Part shown: positions 19,891 through 29,999 of the stretch, piece by piece
How positions within the stretch are numbered: the stretch's first letter is position 1
How the letters are laid out: the number at the start of each line of letters is the position of its first letter
Translations under genes and position numbers: made by a program
The notes under the pieces: generated by a model
Databases searched by the model: none
Told to the model about the DNA's origin: nothing
What the model saw: only the letters and a program-made list of their open reading frames with translations
DNA from: an uncultured delta proteobacterium
Lineage (GTDB): Bacteria > Myxococcota_A > Polyangia > Fen-1088
DNA: 64,000 nt
Direction of reading: 5' to 3'
Assembly: GCA_963767925.1 (NCBI GenBank)
Contig: CAVYGB010000010.1
Coordinates: forward strand, 416,001-480,000

Positions 19891-21438
19891 CTATTCCGAC
19901 TTGCGGTGAACGACGTGACAGCCCCTCGCCGGATGTTCGGGATAGTCACCCGGGGTTCGCATGCGGGCGACGGTCTCGTAACCCTGCTCGACGGCCTGGA
20001 CGAAGCGGGGGTGGTGCTGGGTGAGAAGCTTCGTGCAGACCGCGACGACCGCCGGGCGGTATCGATCGAGCGCCGCGACGAGCGCCTCGTCGGTCAAGCC
20101 GCCGCTGACGATCCGCTTGTGGGCGATCAGGACCAGCGCCGGCGGGGTCCGCCGCCGCGCCAGGAACGCGAGGATCGGCCGGTCGACGATGACGAAGTCG
20201 GCGGCGCTGCTGCTCCGGGCGATGGCGTCCGCGACAACCCCCAGCGACGCTTCGGTCGTGTTGTTGTACCAGCGGCGCCAGTAGCCGTGGTTGCCGGCCT
20301 GGGTGACGACCACCGCGCCCGAGACCAGCGCCAGCAGGGCCGCTCCCACCCGGCCGGCGGCTCCCGGGCGGTCGAGCAGCCGGGCGCAGCGCTGGCTGGT
20401 AGCCACGGACAGGGTCACCGCCATCGGCAGGAGGAGGTCGGGCAGGTGGTGCGCCCACAGCGGGCGGTGGTTCACGATCCACAGAACCACCACCGCCAGC
20501 CAGACCAGCACCACCCGCTGCCGGCCGTCCGGCTGCCCGCGCAGGGTCGCCGCCGCGGCCAAAATGACCCCGCCATAAAACAGCGGCATGCCCGGCGCGA
20601 GCAACATGAGCCGGCGGACCGCGTCGGTGTGGCGAACGTCGGCCTCCCAGGCCGTCACGTGCGGCTGGACGAGCTGGGACCAGGCCTGGGCGGGCGCTTG
20701 CAGGGCCAGCACCACGCCGACAACGACGAGGAGACTGCCCCCGCCCCACAGGGCCGCCGGTAGCCGCCGGCCAGTCGGCTCCACAGTGGATCGACCCCAC
20801 CAGCAGGCCGCCGCCACGATCGGCACGAAATAGACGGTGGCCAGCTTCGTCATCAGCGCCAGCCCCAGCAACCCGCCCGCCGCGACCCACCAGCCGGGCC
20901 GCCTCGACGGGCCCCCGCCGAGGGCGCAGAGGAGCGCGCAGAGGCCGAGGCAGGTAGCAGGCGTCGTGATCAGGACCGCCGTGCTGAACTTCAGGAAGGG
21001 GGCGCAGGCCAGCAGGATCCCGGCGCAGAGGGCGCCGGCCAGCGGACCGGCCAGGGTCGCGGCGACCGCCGCGGCCAGGACCAGGGTTGCCACACCCGCC
21101 GCCAGCGCCAGGGCCCGGCCGGTGGCGACCGTGCTGCCGAACCCCTTCATCAGCGCCGCCAGCAGCTCGGTGTGGAGCGGCGCCTGATCCGAATAGATCT
21201 CTCGGTACAGGTCATGTCCCTCGGCGACCATCATCGCCTTGAGCAGGTTGATGCCCTCGTCTTCGTAGAAGCCATAACGACCCTGCGCCCACCTCAGGAT
21301 CAGCAACCCGCTGGTTGCGACGGCAAACGCCATGACGGCGCGCCGTGGTCCGTCGGGCGCAAACGCATTTCGCCAGCGCTTGCTGGGTCCGGCGCCCGTC
21401 CGCGCGGGCGGCGACGTTCTCCCGGTGGTTCTTCGCAT
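19891..21438 (-). CDS. GT-C glycosyltransferase (ArnT/PMT-like)
   Basis: YEDEG after the first TM, GHDLYREIYSDQAP, GLALMTK, many TM helices; start codon uncertain. Confidence 0.75.
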   Translation of the reverse strand: MRRTTGRTSPPARTGAGPSKRWRNAFAPDGPRRAVMAFAVATSGLLILRWAQGRYGFYEDEGINLLKAMMVAEGHDLYREIYSDQAPLHTELLAALMKGFGSTVATGRALALAAGVATLVLAAAVAATLAGPLAGALCAGILLACAPFLKFSTAVLITTPATCLGLCALLCALGGGPSRRPGWWVAAGGLLGLALMTKLATVYFVPIVAAACWWGRSTVEPTGRRLPAALWGGGSLLVVVGVVLALQAPAQAWSQLVQPHVTAWEADVRHTDAVRRLMLLAPGMPLFYGGVILAAAATLRGQPDGRQRVVLVWLAVVVLWIVNHRPLWAHHLPDLLLPMAVTLSVATSQRCARLLDRPGAAGRVGAALLALVSGAVVVTQAGNHGYWRRWYNNTTEASLGVVADAIARSSSAADFVIVDRPILAFLARRRTPPALVLIAHKRIVSGGLTDEALVAALDRYRPAVVAVCTKLLTQHHPRFVQAVEQGYETVARMRTPGDYPEHPARGCHVVHRKSE

Positions 21439-21591
21439 GGCTTGCGCTCGCCCCTGCCCGATATTCGTCCCGCGCGACAATCGTCTTGCCTCCGGTTCCC
21501 GCCGCCGTTGACGGCGATCTCGGCCTGACCGCCCGGCCGCCGGCGATTGGAGCCATTCACGCCAGGCCCTTCCTCCCACCAAGGAGAGTTC

Positions 21592-24500
21592 GTGAATCAC
21601 TCATTTGCTCACGGCCGAATCTGGCAGACCACCGGATTTCTGATCGTCTCGCTGGCCGGCTGCCTGCTGTCGTGTGACGACGGGCCAGCCGGCGACCGGA
21701 CGGCGATGGATCCAGGGACGGACCAGGTCGGGCGCCGGCCCCCGGGACCGTCCGCGCTGCCCGGTCTGGTGGACACCGGAACCGACGTGGGCGCCCTCCC
21801 CGCGAGGTACTACGTCGGGGCCAGCGGCGACTTCAGCTACGTGGTGCCGCTGTGGACGCCGGCGGGCCGCAACCGCGTCGAGCCGGACCTGTCGCTCACC
21901 TACTCGAGCGGAGGATCCGAATCTGTCCTCGGCCAGGGCTGGACGGTGCGCGGCCTGGGCGAGATCCGACGGTGCAGCCACGTCTCCTCCCGCCTGGAGC
22001 GGCCGGCCCCTCTGCGCTGGGATGCCGAAGCCCACTTCTGCCTCAACGGTACCCCGCTGGTGCTCGTCGCGGGGGCCAACGCCGAGCCAGGGGCCGAATA
22101 CCGGACCGAGCCGGACACCTTCGCGAAGGTCACCGTCCTGCGGGCCGATCCGCTCGGTCCGCTGGAGTTCGAGGTCCGCAGCCGCGAGGGGCGTATCCAC
22201 CGCTACGGCAGCGCGGCCGACGCCCGGGTCGAGGGGCAGAAGGTGACCTGGTCGAGCGACCAGGCCGCCCCCCGGAGCGCGGCCCCCACCCGGACCCTCC
22301 AGATGGTCCGCCTCTCCTGGCTGCACGCCGCGACAGAAGATCGCCACGGCAACCGGTTCACCGTCCAGTACCAGCATCCGGCCGAGGCCGGCCAGGAGGG
22401 TGGCTTCCAGGAGCCCCTTCCTACCGCCATCGACTACGTCTTCACCGCCGGGGCGCCCACCCGCCGGGTCCTGTTCTCGTACCTGCCGCGGCCCGAGCCC
22501 ACCTCGCTCCGGCGGGAGTTCGTGGCCGGCCTCGAGTTCCGCCGCACCCGCCTGCTCGAGGGGATCGAGATGCAGGCGCCCGGTGCGGGTGGGGTCCAGA
22601 CCGTTCGCCACTACCGCTTCGCCTACGAGACGTCCCCCGCCACCCGGCGCCCGCTGCTGCGGACCATCGAGGAGTGCGACGGCAATCCCCGCGGGGCCAC
22701 CCGGGCCGTGAGCTGCAAGCGACCCACCACCTTCAGCTACGACCCCGGCAGCAGGGAGTTCGTCGAGCGCCGCCTGCCCGCCCCCGACACGAGACAGCCG
22801 GGGCTGGAGAAGTTCTGGGGCTTCCAGACGGCGGACATCGACAACGACGGCCGCGACGACCTGGTCTACCGGGCGATGCCCCGGGGGCAGCGCAACCCGA
22901 ACTGGTATTACCGGCGCAGCACCGGCACCGCCTTCGGGGCGCCGGTGGAGATGAGCGTCGGAGACAAGGGCCAGCTCAATGATCTGGTGCTGGTCGATCT
23001 GGACCAGGACGGCTTCATCGACGCGGCCCGGGCCGATCCCGCCACCCGCACCGTGCGCTACTTCCGCAACCAGGCCGGCACCTTCCAGCCCTTCCCCGAG
23101 AGCGCGCCCGGCGCCGAGAGCGCCAGCGCCAGTCTCCTCACCGCGGTTCACATCGGCGACTACAGCGGCAAGGCCCGCCTGAGCATCCTGCGGCCGCGCA
23201 ACGACGGCCGCTGGGGCTACCGGGCCCTCGTCGCCGGCCAGATCGGAGGGGTCAGCGATCCGCTCGACCTCGCCTTCGATCCCGCGGGCAGCCCGACGGT
23301 CTGGAACGGATACAACGTCGACCTGGACAACGACGGGGCCCTCGAGCTGCTGAGCCTCCCGGTGGCCGCGCCTCGCAACCGCCTGCGGGCCCTGGTCCAG
23401 CAGGACGTGCCGCTGTCGGCGCCGGGCGGTGGGGACGACGCCGCCCACTTCTCGACCCAGGACACGACCCTGCTGACGGCCGCCGAGGGCGAGCAGATCC
23501 GCTACTACTTCGCCGACCTCAACGGCGACGGCCTGAGCGACGCCATCCGCCTCATCCAGGGCGGGGAGGCCATCGAGACCCTCCTAAACTCCGGGGCCGG
23601 CTTCGCGCCACCCGTCCGCCACGACGAGCTGCTGGGCACCAGCGCCAACCTGCGGGTGGGGCCGGGCGCCGTGCGGGACGACCTGGCCGACCCGGGCCTG
23701 CAGACCCTGGACTTCGACGGCGACGGTCGCCGCGACATCATCCTGTTCGACAACGGCGCCGTCCGCGATCGCAGCCTGGCCGGCAACACCGCCACCCGGA
23801 GCAACGTGACGGTCCTGCTCAGCCGGGGCGATCGCTTCGAGCCGCTAACGACGGCGATCCCCATCGGCGCCCCGGCCGACGGCAAGACGGCCCTGCCGGG
23901 CAGCGGCCCCTTGCACGACTGGAAGCAATCCCGGCTGCTCGACGCCAACGGCGACGGGCTGCTCGACCTGGTGCAGGTGGACCAGGACGGCACCATCCGG
24001 CTCGCCCTCCGGCAGGGCAAGCGGGCCGACCTCCTGCTCGCGGTCAAGGACGGCATGGGCAAGCGGATGGACGTCACCTTCGCCCCCCTGATCGACGCCG
24101 AGACCTACCAGCCCGGCTCGGGCTGCGTCTTTCCCCAGCACTGCGCCCGCCGGGGGCGCTGGCTTGTCGAGAGCTACCGGGAGGACAACGGCATCGGCGC
24201 GGCCCAGAACGAGCAACGCTTCCGCTACGAGGACGGGCGGACCGATCTCGAGGGCGGCGGCTTTCTCGGGTTCGGCAAGACAACCCGGGTCGACCTGGCC
24301 AGCAGCACCACCACCGTCGAGACCTACGACCTGGCCTTCAAGGAGCGGGTGCCGCCGCTGCACCACGGAGCCGCCGAGCCGACGATCTTCTCCCGGCGCT
24401 GGGTCCCGCAGGTGCGCACGGTGGAGACCAACGATCGGGGGACGATCCGCCGGAATACCAGCACCAGCGCCGGCGAGCTGGTCCCCACCAACGGGGGGGC

Positions 24501-27500
24501 GACCTACTACTTCCGGGCCTCCAGCTACCGCCTGGTGGACGAGGAGGTGCGCGCCGCCGGCAGCAAGGTGCTGCGCACCGTGGAGCGCACCTTGCGCTAC
24601 CGCCCCGAGGAGAACGACTACGGCCTGCTGGCCTCGGAGGAGACCCGCACCTCGAGCGACGCCGGCGAGCTGATCGAGATCTCCTCGAACACGTTCGACA
24701 ACCTGCCCGGACCCTGGCTGGTGGGCCTGCTGCGGACGAACCTCCAGGAGGGGCAGGCCAACGGCAAGGGCGAACGCCGCACCACCACCTACCAGCGCAG
24801 CGCCGTCACCGGCGAGGTGGAGTCCTTCGCCGTGGGCGAGCCCGACCAGGACACCTACCTCGCGACAAGCTTTACCCGCAACGGGTTCGGGCAGGTCATC
24901 GCCACCCGCTACGAGACGCGCGATGCCGGCGACGGCTCGGCCCACGTGCGGGAGGAGGCGGTGGGGTTCGACGGCGACTCGGTCCATCCCCACACGATGA
25001 CCAACAGCCTGGGACACGTCTCGACCGTGGTCAGCAATCCGGTGTTCGGCTTGCCCGAGTCGCTCACCCATCCCGGCGGCGCGGTGACCACCTACAACTA
25101 CGACCGCTTCGGGCGGCGCCGGCGGGTCAACTATCCCGGCGGGGGCGGCGTGAGCTGGAGCTACAGCCGCGACGTCGAGGAGGGCTCCCGTTCCTCCGAC
25201 GAGCGCTTCGTCATGAAGGCCCTCGAGGAGATCGACGGGGGCGGCGAATACCGCTCGGTCCACAACCGGGTCAACCAGGTGATCCGCCGGGAGACGCGCA
25301 ACCTGGGGGGCAAGGTCAGCTACTCGAACGCCGCCTACAACGACCTCGGCTTCCTGGCGGCCTACACCCGGCGTGCCCTGGTCGGGTCGGCCCCCGGACC
25401 GAGCACCCAGATCGACTACGACGAGCTGGCGCGGGTCACGGCCCGGACCCGTCCCGAAGACGGCGCGGGCGCGGGGTACGGCACCGCGGTGGCCAGCGCC
25501 GGCTTCGAGGAGCGGACCGTCACCACGACCGACGACGTGGGCCGGACCCAGCGCATCGTGGAGAACGAAGTGGGGCGGGTGGTGCGGACCGAGCTGCGCA
25601 ACGACGCCGGCCAGTGGGTGCCGACCGCGTTCACCTACCATCCCTGGGGCCTCGTGGAGAGCGTGGTCCGGCGCGACGGAGCCGGCCAGGCCAGCCAGAC
25701 GGTGACCGCGGAGTACGACTCGCTCGGGCGCCGCACCAAGCTGGTGGATCCCGACGCCGGGACCACGGCCTTCGCCTTCAACGGCTTCGGAGACGTGCGG
25801 GAGGAGACCGACGGCAACGGTCGCGTCTCGACCTACGTCCGCGATGCCCTGGGGCGGGTGACCGAACGGCGCGACCCCGACGGCGTGACCCGCTTCGTCT
25901 TCGACAGCGCCGAGCACGGGCTGGGCCAGCTCGCCGAGAGCAGCAGCCCGACCGGGGTCCGACGGCAGTTCTTCTACGATCGCTTCGGGCGGATGCGGGC
26001 CCAGACCTGGACGATCGGGGCGACCGACTACCGCATGGAGTACACCTACGACCCCCATGGCCGCCTGGAGACGCTGAGCTATCCCGAGACGCGGGGGGGA
26101 GAGCGCCTGGTGGTGCGGCAGGAGTACGACCCCTACTCGGGACAGATGTTCCGGGTCACCGACGCGCGGACCGGGCGGCGGTTCTGGGAGGCCCGCGACA
26201 GCGCGGAGGACGGCCAGCTCAGCGAGGAGCTGTTCGGCAACGACCTCACGACCCGCTACGGGTACTCCGAGCGCACCGGTCGGGTGGCGAGCATCCGGAC
26301 CGGGAAGGCGGGCCAGAAGGATCGCCTGCGGGACCACTCCTACGACTACTGGGCGGACGGCAACCTCCTGCGCCAGTCCGATCACCGGACCAACCAGCAC
26401 GAACGCTTCGAGTTCGACGCCAGCAACCGGGTCCGGCGCTGGGTGCGCGCGGAGGCCGACGGCCGCGAGCAGGCGGGCGGCTGGAAGGTCGACTACGGCT
26501 TCGACGACTTCGGCAACCACACCTGGCGCCGGTTCACCCCGGGCAAGCATTCGGGCGGGGCGGTCCAGGACCTGCGCTTCGAATTCGAGGAGGGATCGGA
26601 TCGCCTCCTGGCCGCCCCCTGGGGCCGGTTCGAATACGACGGCCGGGGCCAGCAGGTGCGGCGCCCCGACGGCGAGACCATCGACTACACGATGTTCGGG
26701 CTGCCCCGGCGCATCGACGGCCCGCGGGCGGCCACCTTCCAGTACGACGCCAACGGGCAGCGGGTCGAGAAGCGGCATTCCGACTCCGACTCCACCGTCT
26801 ACCTGCCCGGATTCTACGAGAAGCGGACCGCGGGAGCGGACGTCCAGCACGTGTTTTACGTCCAGGCCCGGTCGACGATCGTGGCCCAGGTCCTGCGCGC
26901 GGAGGGCAGCGGCGAGGAGCGCACCCTGTTCCTGCACACCGATCGGCTCGGCTCTGTCGATTCGGTCAGCGACGAGGCGGGCAAGGTCGTCGAGCGATCC
27001 CGGCGCGATCCCTTCGGCAACCGGGTTGACGACTTCAACCGCCCGGCGCTCCGGGGCGCCACCGGCAAGCGCCCGGCCGGGCCGGTCCGCCTGGGCTTCA
27101 CCGGCCACGAGCAGGACGACGACCTCGGCCTGGTGAACATGGGCGGGCGGCTGTACGACGCGCGCCTGGGTCGGTTCATCACGCCCGATCCGCTCATCCG
27201 CGAGGCGCTGCACGGGCCCAGCTACAACCGCTACAGCTACGCCCTCAACAACCCCCTGCGCAACGTCGATCCCACCGGCTTCAGCGAGGTGGAGGTGGAC
27301 GCGGCCACCGCCAAGGAGCTGGAGCAGGCCGGCTTTCAGTGCACCGGCTCGGGCAGCACCGTGACCTGCGACGACGGCGGCGGGGTGGAGGAGATCAACA
27401 TCGTCGAGGAGTCGGAGTGCAAGCCGTATTACATCGAGTGCCGCGACGACGACGACAACGGCCGCTCGGACACCTCCTCGGCCGGTGGCGGCGGCGGCGA

Positions 27501-28206
27501 CGTCTCGACCCCCACCAACTCCGACGGCAGCGAGCAGAAGAGCGAGGACAAGCAAGAGACCGAGGACAAGGGCGACACCTGCGAGTCACCGCAGCCCGCC
27601 GGAGGGGCCGACGGCTCGAGCCTGCTGGACGCGGTCCAGGTCGGCCTGGACATCGCCTCGCTGGCGCTGGACGCCACCGGCGTCGGCGCGTCGATAAGCT
27701 GGGCGCCGGATCTGGTCAACGCCGGCATCTCGCTGGGACGGGGAGACTGGGTGGGGGCGGGGCTCTCGATCGCGGCGGCCATCCCGATCGTGGGGGCGGC
27801 GGGGAACGCCGGGCGCCTGGGACGTACCGCCGCCAACGCGGCCGACGCCGCCCCGCCCGGCGCCTCGCGCCTGGGGCCGAACGAGCCCCCCCAGCGGTAC
27901 CAGGGACCGTGGACCGAAGACGATCTGGCCCGGGCCGAGAAGGGCCAGGGGCCGGTGGACATGGTCCCCGACACCGACAGCGCGGGCCGACAGCAACCCA
28001 TCCAGGTCCACCACGGCGATCAGATGCCCGGGTCGGGCGTGCACGAGGTGTCGCGCGTGGGACATCGAGAGACGGGCCTGCACCCCAACCCGGGTAACCA
28101 GGGCGTCACGAAGGCGATGCGTCGGTCGGATCGCGAGACCCACTGGAAATATCGAGGACAGGAGATGGGCAATCCCCCTACGATGAACCCGGACTGCAAG
28201 AAATGA
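21592..28206 (+). CDS. SpvB/FG-GAP/TcdB-mid/RHS polymorphic toxin with PT-TG-like domain and LHH-like HNH nuclease tip
   Basis: AAGGAG then GTG 21592; lipobox-like LAGC/LLSC; PDLSLTYSS and LGQGW (SpvB-like); DxDxDGxxD repeats; FLGFG; YD repeats; GFTGHEQD, MGGRLYD, NNPLRNVDPTG core; IQVHH...H...LH...HWKYR. Confidence 0.9.
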   Translation: MNHSFAHGRIWQTTGFLIVSLAGCLLSCDDGPAGDRTAMDPGTDQVGRRPPGPSALPGLVDTGTDVGALPARYYVGASGDFSYVVPLWTPAGRNRVEPDLSLTYSSGGSESVLGQGWTVRGLGEIRRCSHVSSRLERPAPLRWDAEAHFCLNGTPLVLVAGANAEPGAEYRTEPDTFAKVTVLRADPLGPLEFEVRSREGRIHRYGSAADARVEGQKVTWSSDQAAPRSAAPTRTLQMVRLSWLHAATEDRHGNRFTVQYQHPAEAGQEGGFQEPLPTAIDYVFTAGAPTRRVLFSYLPRPEPTSLRREFVAGLEFRRTRLLEGIEMQAPGAGGVQTVRHYRFAYETSPATRRPLLRTIEECDGNPRGATRAVSCKRPTTFSYDPGSREFVERRLPAPDTRQPGLEKFWGFQTADIDNDGRDDLVYRAMPRGQRNPNWYYRRSTGTAFGAPVEMSVGDKGQLNDLVLVDLDQDGFIDAARADPATRTVRYFRNQAGTFQPFPESAPGAESASASLLTAVHIGDYSGKARLSILRPRNDGRWGYRALVAGQIGGVSDPLDLAFDPAGSPTVWNGYNVDLDNDGALELLSLPVAAPRNRLRALVQQDVPLSAPGGGDDAAHFSTQDTTLLTAAEGEQIRYYFADLNGDGLSDAIRLIQGGEAIETLLNSGAGFAPPVRHDELLGTSANLRVGPGAVRDDLADPGLQTLDFDGDGRRDIILFDNGAVRDRSLAGNTATRSNVTVLLSRGDRFEPLTTAIPIGAPADGKTALPGSGPLHDWKQSRLLDANGDGLLDLVQVDQDGTIRLALRQGKRADLLLAVKDGMGKRMDVTFAPLIDAETYQPGSGCVFPQHCARRGRWLVESYREDNGIGAAQNEQRFRYEDGRTDLEGGGFLGFGKTTRVDLASSTTTVETYDLAFKERVPPLHHGAAEPTIFSRRWVPQVRTVETNDRGTIRRNTSTSAGELVPTNGGATYYFRASSYRLVDEEVRAAGSKVLRTVERTLRYRPEENDYGLLASEETRTSSDAGELIEISSNTFDNLPGPWLVGLLRTNLQEGQANGKGERRTTTYQRSAVTGEVESFAVGEPDQDTYLATSFTRNGFGQVIATRYETRDAGDGSAHVREEAVGFDGDSVHPHTMTNSLGHVSTVVSNPVFGLPESLTHPGGAVTTYNYDRFGRRRRVNYPGGGGVSWSYSRDVEEGSRSSDERFVMKALEEIDGGGEYRSVHNRVNQVIRRETRNLGGKVSYSNAAYNDLGFLAAYTRRALVGSAPGPSTQIDYDELARVTARTRPEDGAGAGYGTAVASAGFEERTVTTTDDVGRTQRIVENEVGRVVRTELRNDAGQWVPTAFTYHPWGLVESVVRRDGAGQASQTVTAEYDSLGRRTKLVDPDAGTTAFAFNGFGDVREETDGNGRVSTYVRDALGRVTERRDPDGVTRFVFDSAEHGLGQLAESSSPTGVRRQFFYDRFGRMRAQTWTIGATDYRMEYTYDPHGRLETLSYPETRGGERLVVRQEYDPYSGQMFRVTDARTGRRFWEARDSAEDGQLSEELFGNDLTTRYGYSERTGRVASIRTGKAGQKDRLRDHSYDYWADGNLLRQSDHRTNQHERFEFDASNRVRRWVRAEADGREQAGGWKVDYGFDDFGNHTWRRFTPGKHSGGAVQDLRFEFEEGSDRLLAAPWGRFEYDGRGQQVRRPDGETIDYTMFGLPRRIDGPRAATFQYDANGQRVEKRHSDSDSTVYLPGFYEKRTAGADVQHVFYVQARSTIVAQVLRAEGSGEERTLFLHTDRLGSVDSVSDEAGKVVERSRRDPFGNRVDDFNRPALRGATGKRPAGPVRLGFTGHEQDDDLGLVNMGGRLYDARLGRFITPDPLIREALHGPSYNRYSYALNNPLRNVDPTGFSEVEVDAATAKELEQAGFQCTGSGSTVTCDDGGGVEEINIVEESECKPYYIECRDDDDNGRSDTSSAGGGGGDVSTPTNSDGSEQKSEDKQETEDKGDTCESPQPAGGADGSSLLDAVQVGLDIASLALDATGVGASISWAPDLVNAGISLGRGDWVGAGLSIAAAIPIVGAAGNAGRLGRTAANAADAAPPGASRLGPNEPPQRYQGPWTEDDLARAEKGQGPVDMVPDTDSAGRQQPIQVHHGDQMPGSGVHEVSRVGHRETGLHPNPGNQGVTKAMRRSDRETHWKYRGQEMGNPPTMNPDCKK

Positions 28207-29237
28207 CGGACGAGCCGATCCTGATCGAGGACCGTGGCCCCAACGGAAACGTGACCGCCTGGGTGCAGGACGACGGCCGGTCGGTCTACCTGCGCCTGGA
28301 AGGGGACGCGGGCACCGGGATCGATCAGCGGGCGGTCTGGGTCTGCAACCGCGTGCCCGCGCCCGAGGGGGAACCCGCCGGCGCCGACGCGGCGCTGATG
28401 CCCCGGGCGCACTGCCGGCACCCCGCCGGCGCCGGTCCCCTCGATCCCGGGTCGCTGCGCCTGGTGTGGCTGCCCGAAGGCGATGGCGTGGGGCTCTTCG
28501 AGGCCGGCGTGCTCCTGGCGGCGCTCGTGCCCTGGAGCGGAAGGAAGGGGTTTCCCGGGTACGCGCGGGAGGCGATCGGCCGCAGCGCCTGGGCCTGGGA
28601 TCTGAGCGCGGCGGAGGCCCTGCTCCGGCGGTTCGCCGACGCCGAGGCGTACTGGGCCGAGTGGGATCGCCCGGGGGGCCCGACCCACCCCTGGGGGCGG
28701 CTGCAGGAGGCCGAGTTGCAGGCCTACGAAAGATCGCTGGGGAAGCTCGGCCAGTACCTCGCCACCGACGGCGACACCTGGCCCCCACGCGCCGTCGCCT
28801 CGATCGAGCGGAGCGACGGCACCTTCCTCACGACGGTCGGGATGGCCCTGCGCCCGCAGCCGGCGGTCGAGAGAGTCACCGAGCGCCCCGAAGCCTTGCG
28901 CCGGATCGAGCTCGGCCTCGCCCTCCCGCCGGGCACCGATGCGATCACCGCGCGGCGCTGGGCGAGCTACCTGGGCGGGCAGAGCGCGCTCCCCTGGGCA
29001 CGCTACACCTGGCTGGGCCCCGGCCACACCCTCCCCTGCGACCTCGTCGCCAGCGAGGGCTTTCCCGCGCTGGGGCTGATCCCGGCGGCGGGCTCGACGC
29101 GGCCGTGCCCCCTGCCGGACGCCTGGGGCGATCCGGTCTCCCTGCTCTGGATGGTGCCGCTACGTCCGGCGGAGCTCGCCACCCTGCGCGCGCAGGGGCT
29201 GGCCAGCCTCCCCGCCCTGCCCCTCCCCCGGCGCTGA
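28203..29237 (+). CDS. SUFU (suppressor of fused)-domain protein, probable immunity protein
   Basis: ATGA overlap with the toxin stop; TVGMALRPQP, RRIEL, PWARYTWLGPGHT, LLWMVPLRPAE. Confidence 0.8.
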   Translation: MTDEPILIEDRGPNGNVTAWVQDDGRSVYLRLEGDAGTGIDQRAVWVCNRVPAPEGEPAGADAALMPRAHCRHPAGAGPLDPGSLRLVWLPEGDGVGLFEAGVLLAALVPWSGRKGFPGYAREAIGRSAWAWDLSAAEALLRRFADAEAYWAEWDRPGGPTHPWGRLQEAELQAYERSLGKLGQYLATDGDTWPPRAVASIERSDGTFLTTVGMALRPQPAVERVTERPEALRRIELGLALPPGTDAITARRWASYLGGQSALPWARYTWLGPGHTLPCDLVASEGFPALGLIPAAGSTRPCPLPDAWGDPVSLLWMVPLRPAELATLRAQGLASLPALPLPRR

Positions 29238-29999
29238 GCCGGTGGCAGCCCGGCCGGGCTCCTTCGCGGTGCTGCGAAGCTTGCGGCTCTGCATCCAGCG
29301 CACGGCCAGGGCATCGCCGAGCGCGGTGAAGGTCCGTCCCAGGCCGGCGCCATAGCGGGACCTCCCCTGCTGGCGGGGCCGGTGCTCGACCGCGATCTCC
29401 CGGACCGTGCCGCCCTCGAGGCGGACCAGCGCCGCAAGGAAGCGATGATTGCCCCGAAACGCCGGGAGCTTGCGCAGGATGGGCGCCCGGAAGGCCTTGA
29501 GCCCGCAGCCGGCGTCGCGGGTGGGCTCGGCGAGGATGCCGGCTGCGATCCGGTTCGCGATCCGGGACGACACCCGGCGGATCCAGCCATCCCGGCGCTG
29601 GGCCCGGCGCCCCACCACCGCGGCGAGCGCCGGCTCGGCATCGAGCAACGCGAGCATGGGCCCGATGTCGGCCGGGTCGTTCTGGAGATCGGCGTCCATC
29701 AGCACGACGATCGCCCCGCGCGCCGCCTGGACGCCGGCGTGGAGGGCCGCCGACTGGCCCCCGTGCCCATCGAGCGCCAGCACCCGGAGACCGGGAACGA
29801 CCCGCCGCAGACCCTCCAGCCGGATCAACGTGCCGTCGGTCGACCCGTCGTCGACGCAGACGATCTCCCAGGCCCGGCCGAGCTGGTCGAGGGCGCGGGC
29901 CACCTCGGCCACCCAGGGCTCGATGCTGGCCTCCTCGTTGAAGGCCGGCGCGACGAGCGATACCAGACGCGCGTCGGAGGGGAGCGATGCCAGCGTCAT
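29160..29999 (-). CDS. GT2 polyprenol-phosphate glycosyltransferase (DPM1/ArnC-like)
   Basis: APAFNEE, VDDGSTDGT, GQSAAL, MDADLQNDP, DAGCGLKAFR, HRFL, HRPRQQGRSRY. Confidence 0.9.
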   Translation of the reverse strand: MTLASLPSDARLVSLVAPAFNEEASIEPWVAEVARALDQLGRAWEIVCVDDGSTDGTLIRLEGLRRVVPGLRVLALDGHGGQSAALHAGVQAARGAIVVLMDADLQNDPADIGPMLALLDAEPALAAVVGRRAQRRDGWIRRVSSRIANRIAAGILAEPTRDAGCGLKAFRAPILRKLPAFRGNHRFLAALVRLEGGTVREIAVEHRPRQQGRSRYGAGLGRTFTALGDALAVRWMQSRKLRSTAKEPGRAATGSAPGEGQGGEAGQPLRAQGGELRRT

